From Chromera velia (Eukaryota), in the NCBI GenBank assembly GCA_018398765.1, contig JAHBMJ010000349.1, forward strand, positions 1 through 50,012: a DNA stretch of 50,012 bases, in the 5' to 3' direction. Each line of letters opens with the position of its first letter. Position 1 is the stretch's first letter. Under the pieces are notes generated by a model. It had not been told where the DNA came from. It saw nothing but the letters and a program-made list of their open reading frames with translations, and did not search any database. This document shows positions 11,201 through 22,183 of this stretch, in pieces. A program made the translations under genes and the position numbers.

Positions 11201-14200
11201 TCCCAGGAACCTTGCCCTGTCTCCCCTCCTCCTGCACCACCACGCTCATGGTCTGCTTACCGTGATCGAACTCACATCTCCTCAAGACGAGCAGCTCCCT
11301 CGCACCCGGCTCACTCTGCCTGTGCGATTCAGGAGGAGTGAGACGGCAGAACGCACAGGGGCCCAGAGGCCCTGCCGTCTCCCCGAGTGTCTTCCCATCC
11401 ACATTCTCAATACCCCACCCTGACGCTGTGGCCATCTGAACCTCTACCTGGTTCCCTACGAGGTGACCCCCGAAGTCTGCTACTGCGTGACAGCTGGAGA
11501 GAGCAAGGAGAAGGTCCAGAGACTGCTGCTTCTGCATGGGAGACACGCACGTCCCCCTCTCCCTCCCCTCTCCTTGACTGTTGCGCAGGGTCTTTGTCGG
11601 GCATTCTGGCTCATGAAGCTTTGAGGCTTCCTGCACAGCCCCCGGATGCACATTCTCTTTCTCCTCTCCCTTCACCTTCACAGCAGCTGCTCCAATGAAT
11701 TCCAATTCGTCCTTCGTGAGGGTGCCCGTCTTGTCGAATGCTGCCACGCGGACCTTCCCTGCGACAGCGATCTTCTCAGGGTTCACACACACGATGCCCC
11801 TGTTGTTCAGGCGGGTCAACGCACGCACCTGCAGGCAGGAGGTCATGCAGCGTGCATGGGGGTGCATTGGTGTAGCTCTTATGTGTCGCACTATCCAGAG
11901 CGAACCCTTTAGCTGTCCACAAGTCACTTCCAGAGAAGAAAAAACAACACCAGAAACCTTTGATCCGCCCTGACTTGTTCCACCGGGAATTCAAATTCCT
12001 CCCTCCTACCCTGACCTGTCCTGCCGAGAGAGCAACTGGGAGCATCGGAGAGAGAGTCTGGGAGATCGTCAGGATGCCGTATGTGATCACTGTCACGAAT
12101 TTCGCTTCAGGCCGGGCAGCCATGACGGCGTGGACAGCGAAGATGAAGCAGGCACCTGCATTGCATGGGTAGAGAGAGAGCGAGGTCGATGATGCTGGGT
12201 GCATTCAGTGTGCATAGAACCAGAAAAAAACACCATACTAGAAACACACATTTGATTAGATAAACAGACTGCATGGCACGGTGGGGTACAAAATCAAGGG
12301 CAGAGAATGGGGTGGTGAGATGAGTTACATGACGGTGAGAAGAGCACGCGGTCCGCTTTAGGGGTATGGAAGATGACCAGACTAGATTTGAAAGGAAGAA
12401 AGCAGATCGATGCACCTACCTGAGTATATGAACAACCCGATCCACACGAGGCCCATCTCTGCGTCCCATTTCATCCTATCAGGAGCCCGAGGAAAAAGGA
12501 TGGAGGATACCAGATCCCCCTTTCCCGTCTGGAGCCCCGTCGCTGCCACCAACGCCTCTGCGCCACCCTGCTCACCCCCCGCTCCCAGAGACTGCATGGC
12601 GATGGTTCCTGCGAACAGTCTGTGTCTGGCAGGCACTTCTTTCTTCCCCCCCTTCTCGCTGGATGATGCCACGGGAAGAGCGACCTTCTCGATAGGTCTG
12701 GCCTCTCCTGTCAGGGCGGCCTCGTCGCACACACAGGTTCCTTTTAGGAGAATGCAGTCGCATGGGAAGGTGGTCTCATCTCCCTGCACATACTTGCAGA
12801 GAACCAAAGAACGGCATGAAGTAGTCAATTGTGGTGAATATTTCTGCCCTGAGAGCTAGGAGCAAATTTAAAGTAGAATGTGATGACACCCAAGTTTGAG
12901 ATCACTGCTTCAGTTTGCCTGTGTAGGAACAAGGGAAGAAATGCAGTGTCCGAACAGCAACGAGGGCGGCCAAGAAGAGGAAAGTGGTTGTCAACACACT
13001 GCTCTTTCTTTTCTTCTGCATGCCTGGACTGACTGACTGACTGACTGACCTTGATTTTGATCACATCCCCAGGCACGAGGTCCTCTGCAGGCATTTCCTT
13101 CCACTCTCCCGATCTCTTCACCTCGGCTGTAGACCTGTGAGATGTGATCTTCTCCAGAGTGGCCTCGGCATTGGCTGTAACGAAAACCTGCGTGCAGATT
13201 CAGTTGCATGTAAGTGTTTGACATTCCTTGTTCGAGGAGCCACTGAGACTGGCTCAGGAGAATCACAAAATAGACAGATACACACACAGTCTTCTCATCC
13301 ATAAAACAACGTGCAGTCACATGAATGCTGGACGCAGACGCACAGCACCACACGAACGGATTCATCGGAAAAAGAAAAAACAATCGAATATTCCCATGCC
13401 CCGTCCCACTTACCTTTGCGAGGCCTGCCACGAGTGCCATGGAGAGCATGGCCAGGCCCACAAACAGGTAGGAGAACCATATCCAGAACATGTAGCAGGC
13501 AAGCTGGTAGAGGTAGAAGGGCTGGCAGAACTCTTTCTGGAGCTGCAAAGAAAAAAGAAGGAAAGCAAAAGAAAGACAGACGGAGAGATCAGAGCGACTC
13601 GAGGCAGAAAAGAAAGGAACTTCTGCATGCACGGTGATGAAAGATTACGCAACGAAAACAATCTGATGCATATTCAAGGACGAAGAGGCATCCTGTTAAT
13701 TGTGTCGGTATCATATGCTTCTTTCTGCGTGCAGAGAGCTGGCCGGGAAAGGACTCAGAGGGGTGCACGAGTTTGCATGATGATAAAGTTGCTCACGAGA
13801 GATGAGCTTCCGGTCCACACCATAAAAAACGAATTCACTGACTGCGCTTCCGTGTCTCTCCCTTTTTGTTGATCAGTCATTCTGCCCATCTGCCGGCCTG
13901 CCTACTTGCCCGTCTATCCATCTACCCGACTGACGAGAGCAGCGAAGCTCTGCCTCTTGAAGTCGATTGAGTTGGGTCCCACCACTGCATGAAGCTTTGC
14001 GGCGTTCTCTTCTGTCAAACCAGAGGCTCCTGCCTTATGGAGTTCTGCATGCACGGAAGAGGATCGGGGCATATCGGTGACATGCTCTCAAAGGAATACG
14101 GAAGGGGAACAACAAGTATCAAAGGAAGGCAGTTGCTTCTCCACTTCTCTCTCACAGCACTGGCTGAAGCATGAGAGCCTCTTTTCAGAAGACGGTCTGC

Positions 14201-15842
14201 TCGAAGCCTTACTTGACGACACGCACGTCCAGACCCGTGGACACAGCGACACTCGAACCTCGACTCCCCGGTGTGCAAAGACCAGTCGAGCATTCTGTCG
14301 CGCGATTTGAGGACACAATTATTCAGGCAGGCAGTGCCATTCTGACAGGCCAGTGTTTGCTTATTGTCCATTCCTTCCATGGTCATTCAATGTTTGTTTT
14401 CTCTATTGCACACATGGAGCTGACTGACCCTGAGCGTCTGACGGAAGGTCAACGGATGCTGTACCGAACCCCGCTCCTGTCTGGTCTCTGAGGAACCTCT
14501 TGCCCTCAAACACGAAGAACTCGACGGTCTCCCCTCCTGCCGTCTCCTCTTTCTGAAGAGGGGCCAGACTCACTCGCACCTTTGCGCCCTCCTCTGCCGC
14601 CAGTGCCTTGACAAAAACGGCGTCTGCCTCTGCAGCGCTGCAGGGAATCTTTGCCCATCGCTCCCATAATCTGTCCTTCGAGAGCAGCATCAGGACCAGG
14701 TACCTGCATGCATGCCAGTTCAGAGAAGGGGGGGGGGATGTAAAGGGAGGAGATCATATCAGAATACCAAACAAGAAAGAGGGACAACAGAAGGAAATTC
14801 GAGGAAGTGATGAAATGAAAACATCTTGACCGACCTCTACAGGTACAACGACATAGAATGAAACCAAAGCTAACATTTATCTCTGTCCAGGTCCATTTAC
14901 GTCTTTTAGTACGTGTTGTCACGGCAAAAAGAGAAGTGCAGCACGCAGAGCAACAGACCTACCAGGGGACGCAGCAGCACCAGAGAGTGAAGTAGAAATT
15001 GGCATTTCTGTTGAACGCCCCTGTGAAGATGTAGTACCCGTAGTAACAGAGATTGTCCACTCCTCGAAGCTGCGGACAGAAGAGACAGACACTTTCTTTT
15101 AGTGAACAAGCTGAATTGTTGCGGCAGTTGCCAACTGGCAATTAATGACTTTCAACAATCCAATGAGAGATCGATCGAGGCTGTCATTTGACTTTCCACC
15201 GATGAGACACAAAACCAAACGAGCACAGCTCTCGGAAGGGAGCATGATCCATCCATCCATCCAGACTTCCATCCTTCTCTTGGTCCTCTTCCTTTCCGGC
15301 TTAATTGTCCGCATGCTACTGTGCCTCTCTGTCTCGCTTCCGTGGATGCCTCCCGGACTGCGCGTTTACCTTTTTCCCTCGCTTTACATCCTGCTTGACT
15401 CCTTGCTTTGCCCCCCCTCCCCCCCCCCAACCCCCACTTGTCCCTGCAGACCTGGCAGCCTAAGTACTGGTCGATACAGACGCAGAGGAAGAGGAGCATC
15501 CATAGTACAGAGACGGCACTGATCAACAAGGTCGACGCACTCCCCCACTGATTGGATTTCAGGGGCTCCACCTCCACCTCCACACTGGTCTCGGTCTCTC
15601 TCTGAGGGGGGGGACGCGGCTCTTCTGCCTCACCCTCTGCAGCAGTTCCTTGCTCTTGCGGGGACAGCAACTCACTCAGCTGTTTGTGGCTGCTTTTCAC
15701 CCTCAGCCCCTCCCCTTGGCCGTCGGTGGCGTTCTGTCTGTTGATGTGCCAGACGATCCCGTTGACAATCACAGAGACGATGAAGAGGTAAATCACGATC
15801 AGAGGGGGGTAGGTGAAAAAATTCTGGATCAGAGGATTCTGC

Positions 15843-15875
<33 letters not shown>

Positions 15876-16425
15876 CAGAAAGACGAACAGTCAGACACGG
15901 ATAGGCGCGTGCATCTATACATGCAGACAGATAAATATTCGGGCAACATGCATCCTCGCAGACGCGCAGGAAAACACACGAACCACCTCCACGCAGAGGC
16001 AGAGTCGCACTCTTACAGGAAAGGATGGTCACATATACACTCCATCCCCCCACATGTTTACACACACATCCGTTCAGATGTTCTATGCATGTTGCCCTAG
16101 CTGCATGATGCTGTATATATGTACTGAAGTGAACATGCATTCACTATCTATGCCAACGAACCTTGGTTGCGTCTGGACCCGTGGGGTATCTGGATGCTGC
16201 CTCGGCCTCCCCTTCTTGGTCGGAGTCGATGTTGACCTCTGACTGTGCACCCTCCCAGAAGGGACCGGGGGCTTGACCAGAGGGAGAGTGGCGTCGGAGT
16301 GTCTGACCTATGTCCCTCGGAACATCAGCACCCCCTGCTCCCTCCTCCGCGAACAGCAAGAACGCGAAGAGGAGCCAGAGCACAGAATGAAGGAACATAC
16401 TTCGGGTTCCGATCAGACCTTTCAT
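8215..16425 (-). CDS. P5-type (ATP13A-like) P-type ATPase, 13 exons, with an apparent frameshift near 8532
   Basis: Exons: 16425-16162, 15838-15452, 15069-14963, 14703-14429, 14029-13935, 13542-13414, 13187-13050, 12783-12420, 12155-12016, 11828-10075, 9784-9621, 9343-8990, 8743-end. Motifs: DLVPGD, PCDCILL..CVCDEAALTGE, FDKTGTLT (DKTGT 11735-11721), KGSFE, ITGDN, FARMTPGGK, GDGGNDCGALRAAHVGVAFS, ASIVSPFT, LREGRGALHTSF. The last three are typical of P5 ATPases. Confidence 0.93.
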
Positions 16426-16689
16426 CTTACCGAAAGGACGAGATGAATTTGACCTGATGCACCTGCATGGTAGCCTGCTCAGCTTGGAAGAGAACAAAAT
16501 GGATTGTTATACAGTCTTAATCCAGAAGACAGCTGCTGTTAATTGGCTGCACGATGGGCGGTGCCTCAGACAGATGACTCCCCTTTCTCAACCGGCCGCG
16601 GTGTTTTAAGTGTCCTCAGCACGACTTTTCTACTACAGCACAGCGAGAATTAAAATGATGTTCGAACGATGGAACTTTGCGCTTACGGC

Positions 16690-16850
16690 CATGCAATCTT
16701 GCCTGCATGCATGTCGCCTCGGGGGGCATGCAGCTCATATGCAGCTTCCAATACACGCCCGGAGAGGCGATAAGAGAATTGACATATGCAGCGAATTAAG
16801 CTGCATGCATGCATGAGATCAGCCGAGAGGCCCTGCATGACATCGCGCGG
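16690..16850 (-). promoter_or_regulatory. TGCATGCA cluster upstream of the P5-ATPase start
   Basis: CTGCATGCATG (~16703) and CTGCATGCATGCATG (16801) lie 280-390 bp upstream of ATG 16425. Confidence 0.35.
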
Positions 16851-17273
16851 CTGAAGAGCAGTATTATAGTATACGCGATACACCCAACCAGTTGGGTGAG
16901 TGCCTCGGGGGGCTATTTAGGGGTCCGCTAATTGATGCACACCATCGGGGGCTTGGGCATGTCTAAGTTGTGTGCTGCCATGGGGCGGGGGCCACGGCAG
17001 CGAAGTATGCTTTTCGGGACCGCGCGCGCGTCGTGCATGTGCAACTCCGTGCGAGTTACTTGAGGGGCACGCATGCGCAAAGTAATTAACGCATGTGCGA
17101 TCGCGGCTCCGTGCGAGTTGCTTGAGGGGCACATTTTGAAACTCGGGCGACACCGACCGTGACGGAGACAGAACCGATCCCCCCCTCAAAAATGAAAAAA
17201 TGCGTTATGCGAGTGCGTGCGATCTCAGGGCCTCTCGGCTGATCTCAGCAGAGCTGAGCTGCCCCCCGAGGCG
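16715..17273. repeat. Dispersed inverted-repeat segments enclosing a short direct repeat
   Basis: TGAGATCAGCCGAGAGGCCCTG (16814-16835) is the reverse complement of 17226-17247. CGCCTCGGGGGGCA (16715) pairs with TGCCCCCCGAGGCG (17260). A 26-bp direct repeat CTCCGTGCGAGTT[A/G]CTTGAGGGGCAC occurs at ~17046 and ~17107. Confidence 0.7.
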
Positions 17274-18169
17274 ATGGTTGCTAACCCGTTTGTGGGGCTC
17301 TTACAAAAACCACTTGACGCACGCACGAACGCAGTTGCATGCGTGCGTTGGGTGCATGCATGGATTTACTGTCTGACCTTCTTGTGCCAGTGAACTGTGC
17401 CGTTGCCACAATTCAGCTACTACGTTCAGCAAGACAAATGACCTGAGAAACAGCAAACGGTATGGACACTGTGTCCACACCTGACTCGTGTAAGTAAACC
17501 ACATTCAGTATTTGTGTCGGTACGGCACCGTGTTAGATGTGAACTTTAGCAAACTCATCCGTCTCCTTGAGCCCAATGCGTTCTCGTCAACCGACGGGTT
17601 CTTTACCTTTGGAAAAGGAAATCTCTTTTATTTGCGCGTCTGAAGAATCCGCACGCACGTTTGCAGCTGAGAAGAACCTTCTGATCGGAGGAGACGGGAC
17701 TCGTCCGCTGTGTCCTGGGTGCGGCCACCGCTTGTCATGGTTCAGGTCCGTCGTTCGTTTGTTCGTTTCGAATCTGTTTAGTAATAGATGATCCATTTCA
17801 CCTCTCGTCTCTGTCTACTGATTCGATTTCCGCATTTACTTCCGTCTGAAACGTAGAGTCCGGTGTCTCCACTCTCAATTATACTTCATGCATATAAAGA
17901 ACTGTCTCGTCCGGGAATGAAATACGGCCTCCACTATGGACAAAGGGTCGCACTCCAATTCCGCAATAATTCCAAGTATCAAAGCAGCAGCATTAATAAA
18001 AAATACAGAATCGTTTGTGCATGATGTGTCGTTGTGGAAAAAGGTGTGCCGTCTCCTTGTATCTGTTCCTGTCTGTTGGTCTGTCTGTGTGTGTGTCTGT
18101 CTGTGTGTGTGCCGTCTCCGTGATGTGTTCGTAGCTATTGGTTCTTTTTGTCTGGGTGTCTGCATGTCT

Positions 18170-18303
18170 GTCTAGGTGTCTGTCTGTCTGTCTGTCTGTC
18201 GGTCTGTTTGTCTGTGTGTCTGTCTGTCTCCCTGCCTGTCTGTCTGTCTGGCTGTCTGTCCGTCTGACTGAGTCTGTCTGTCTGTCTGTTTGTAAGCTGT
18301 CTC

Positions 18304-18337
<34 letters not shown>

Positions 18338-18382
18338 AGTCTATCTATCTGACTGGCTGTCTGTCTGGCTGTCTGTCTGTGT
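18170..18382. repeat. (TGTC)n microsatellite
   Basis: Degenerate tetranucleotide run. Confidence 0.95.
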
Positions 18383-18631
18383 GACTCTGCATGAACTGTC
18401 TCGTCCGTGATTGAAATACGGCCTCCACTGTGGACAAAAGGTTTCCGCAAATAAAAAAATGAAACCCGACCAACCTAACACTCTCAATTCTCACTTGCTG
18501 GAGGCGGTCCTGCCCCATGTGGTCCCTCGCTGTTTGCATCTGGGTGCTCATGTATGATCACCGATAAAATTCGGCTCATCTGATCTCGAGCCTCACTGCC
18601 GTTGTTGATCGTGACCACATTCTGAGTGTAT

Positions 18632-18692
<61 letters not shown>

Positions 18693-18750
18693 CTACACAA
18701 CGCACACACACACACACACACACACATACACACACACACACCCACACTCC

Positions 18751-18787
<37 letters not shown>

Positions 18788-18794
18788 CTACACA

Positions 18795-18854
<60 letters not shown>

Positions 18855-20190
18855 ACACACACACACACACACATACATACACACATACACATATACACAC
18901 ACACACACACACATACACACACACACATCTACCAACTAACGTACACACACACGCACACACTTACATACACAGTCACAGACAGACACAGACAGACACAGAC
19001 AGCCAGGATAAAAGACCGGCAGCCATGTACACAGAAAGGACACAGACAGACACAGACAGACAGACACAGACACAGACACAGACAGACATAGACAGACACA
19101 GACACGCACAGACAGATACAGACAGACCACACAGACAGCCCGGATAAAAGACCGGCAGCCACATACACAGACAGACACAGACAGACACAGACAGTCACAG
19201 ACAGACAGACAGACACAGACAGATAGACACAGACAGACACAGGCAGACACAGACAGACATAGACAGACACAGACAGACACAGACAGACACAGACAGACAC
19301 AGACAGACACAGACAGACACAGACAGACACAGACAGACACAGACAGACACAGACAGACACAGACACAGACAGACACAGACAGACACAGACAGACACAGAC
19401 AGACACAGACAGACACAAACAGACACAGACAGACACAGACAGACACAGACAGACACAGACAGACACAGACAGACACAGACAGACACAGACAGACACAGAC
19501 AGACAGACCGACAGACACAGACCGACAGACACAGACCGACAGACACAGACCGACAGACACAGACCGACAGACACAGACAGACACAGACAGACACAGACAG
19601 ACACAGACAGACAGACACAGACAGACAGATACAGACAGACAGACAGACACAGACAGAAAGACACAGACAGACACAGACAGACAGTTTCGAATTTCTGACA
19701 CAGACAGATAGACACAGACAGACAGACACAGACACAGACAGACACAGACAGACACAGACAGACACAGACAGACACAGACAGACACAGACAGACACAGACA
19801 GACACAGACAGACAGACACAGACAGACACAGACAGACACAGACACAGACACAGACACAGACAGATAGACACAGACAGATAGAATTGAATTTCTGACACAG
19901 ACAGATAGACACGTACAGACAGCTAGACACAGACAGACAGACACAGACAGACACAGACAGATACAGACAGACACAGACAGACACAGACAGACACAGACAG
20001 ACACAGACAGACACAGACAGACACAGACAGACACAGACAGACACAGACAGACACAGACAGACAGACACAGACAGACACAGACAGACACAGACAGACACAG
20101 ACAGACACAGACAGACACAGACACAGACAGACACAGACACAGACAGACACAGACAGACACACACACACGCCAGCCACACACACACACATA
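18632..20190. repeat. Compound satellite: (CA)n at 18632-18960, then a ~1.2 kb (AGACAGACAC)n 10-mer array
   Basis: Directly visible. The array carries duplicated unique islands (GGATAAAAGACCGGCAGCCA twice; GAATTTCTGACACAG twice). Confidence 0.95.
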
Positions 20191-20330
20191 TAGACCTATC
20201 ACGTACTGACTCGGGTTCTCAGCTGCCGGCTCGTCTCCGGACCCGTCTCGGTCTCCGTTGGACTGTACACCATCTGCAAACACAGACACCCCCACACACA
20301 CACACACACACATACACGCACATAGACACA

Positions 20331-20373
<43 letters not shown>

Positions 20374-20892
20374 GTAAACCTACACACATACATCCACATA
20401 CCCACACATCCATCTCTTTCCATCCACCAGCCGTCTCCTGTCGAGACACACAACTGTCCAACCCTGCGTCCGTCTCCTTACCTCCTTCCACCTGTTTCCT
20501 CAAACAGTGCTAATCCAGCCGCTAACGCACCCACAAAAAAATTCCAACTCTTCAACCTATTTCGGTTTCATGTCTCCGTCTCACAGTTACACGTCGCCAT
20601 CTCACGCAACTATAGTTAATTTTGCAGTCTCTAGCACTCTCCGAATTCTACATCGTTTTCGTTTTCACAGACCATCCACCCTTTCTTGTATGGGACATTT
20701 TTTTTTTTCCGGCTTCACGGGTCCGTGCACTAATGTCTTTGCAGGGTCAGCAACCATATACTGCTGTAACTCCCATCACAGGGCCTGAGTTGAAGTGTTG
20801 CATGACTACATGTACATGTGTTGCTTTAAACATATGCTCCATCCGATTTATTGCGGATTCTGCTTGCATATTATCTGGCGCACTCCGTGCGT

Positions 20893-21135
20893 ATGGCCCG
20901 GAAAGCGACAACTTTCTTGTCCTAATAATTTAGCGAACTAAAAAAAAAAAAAAAAGCTGAAGTTTCAATAAGTGCCCCCTCAGCTGGATTCAGTGGATTC
21001 TCTTTTTCTGGCTAGCTTTGGCGTACGTCAAATCATCACATCGTATCTGCACGGTTTGGAGGGGGGACAATTTTTGTTAACAATGTTAAGTACCCTCTCA
21101 TGCAGCTTCGATAGCAGTTTCGCTTTCCGGGCCAT
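20893..21135. mobile_element. MITE-like element with perfect 16-bp TIRs
   Basis: ATGGCCCGGAAAGCGA (20893-20908) and TCGCTTTCCGGGCCAT (21120-21135). Same TIR as 1023-1201, with a different, non-coding interior. Confidence 0.55.
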
Positions 21136-21981
21136 CGACTACCATGGACCTTCTGATCCCGTGAGCTACCGTGAGCGATCGTGAGCACATTTTTTTAGAA
21201 GGGGTACTAAGGGATACGATTAATAATATCAATATCATTGTGAACTTGCTACACTTCACATCTGCCTAGATCTATCATCTACATGGAACGACAGTGCTCA
21301 AAGAGTCCAAGTCATAGTAAGTCATAGTCATCATACTAGTTATCATGTATTAATCCTATCCTATCCTATGTATCATCATCTTGTTTTCCATTCATTTTTT
21401 TATATGCATAGAAACAACGTATAACAAGCTAGCTATGCAGCAAACCCCTAGTCAAACCTTAATGGAACAAATTCTTACATGACATGCTAAATTAGTTAGG
21501 GCCTTCATAGCCCACGGGTTTTATTTCATACATGTGGAACCTATCAATCAATCAATCAATACATCATGATTATCATTACTTTATATGTATGATTTAATGA
21601 TTATGCAAGCTGTTTTGCAATACAGGCTTCATTGTATATATATGTTTCATCTGCATGACGTACGTCTTGCAGAATGAAAAACGTCTGCAAAGGATAAACC
21701 TTTTGTCAGCCTAAGCCAGGCTAAATAGCGCTGCCCGACTCGGTAGCCGGAGTGGCGACAAAGCGGAACAGCACGTGACCCGTCAGCTTGCGCAGCACTT
21801 CTTATGCACTTCCTGCCGTCAGACTCTTTCACTGTATCCAGGCTCCATCAGCAGCAGCCCCCCAATTTGTGCAAGGGATCCACTCAAGAAGCGGAAGAAT
21901 CTCTGCATACAAACGTCCAAGGAGAAATTTGATGACTGATTGCAATGAACTGATGGTCTTGAAACTGTGCTTCCAGGACAG

Positions 21982-22144
21982 TCACGCATACTTCCTGTTG
22001 CCATTTCTTTTGTGCTGCCTCCCTTGAGGCCTCTCCGGTTCTCTCAGGTCGTTCGTCTCCTGATCGGGGGGTCGACGGTTTGCATGCTCACGAAGGTGGA
22101 TGTGTGCGTGTGTCTGTACGATGCATCTATGTATCCGTGCACGC

Positions 22145-22183
<39 letters not shown>

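Noticed and set aside
8062..13872. Plus-strand ORFs over the ATPase
   Set aside because: Antisense shadows of the minus-strand exons.
17046..17132. Two 26-bp repeats with a ~35-bp spacer (CRISPR-like geometry)
   Set aside because: Only two copies, eukaryotic context, no cas genes.
18593..20367. 300-400 aa Cys/Val/Leu/Ser ORFs
   Set aside because: Translations of (CA)n and (AGACAGACAC)n satellites.
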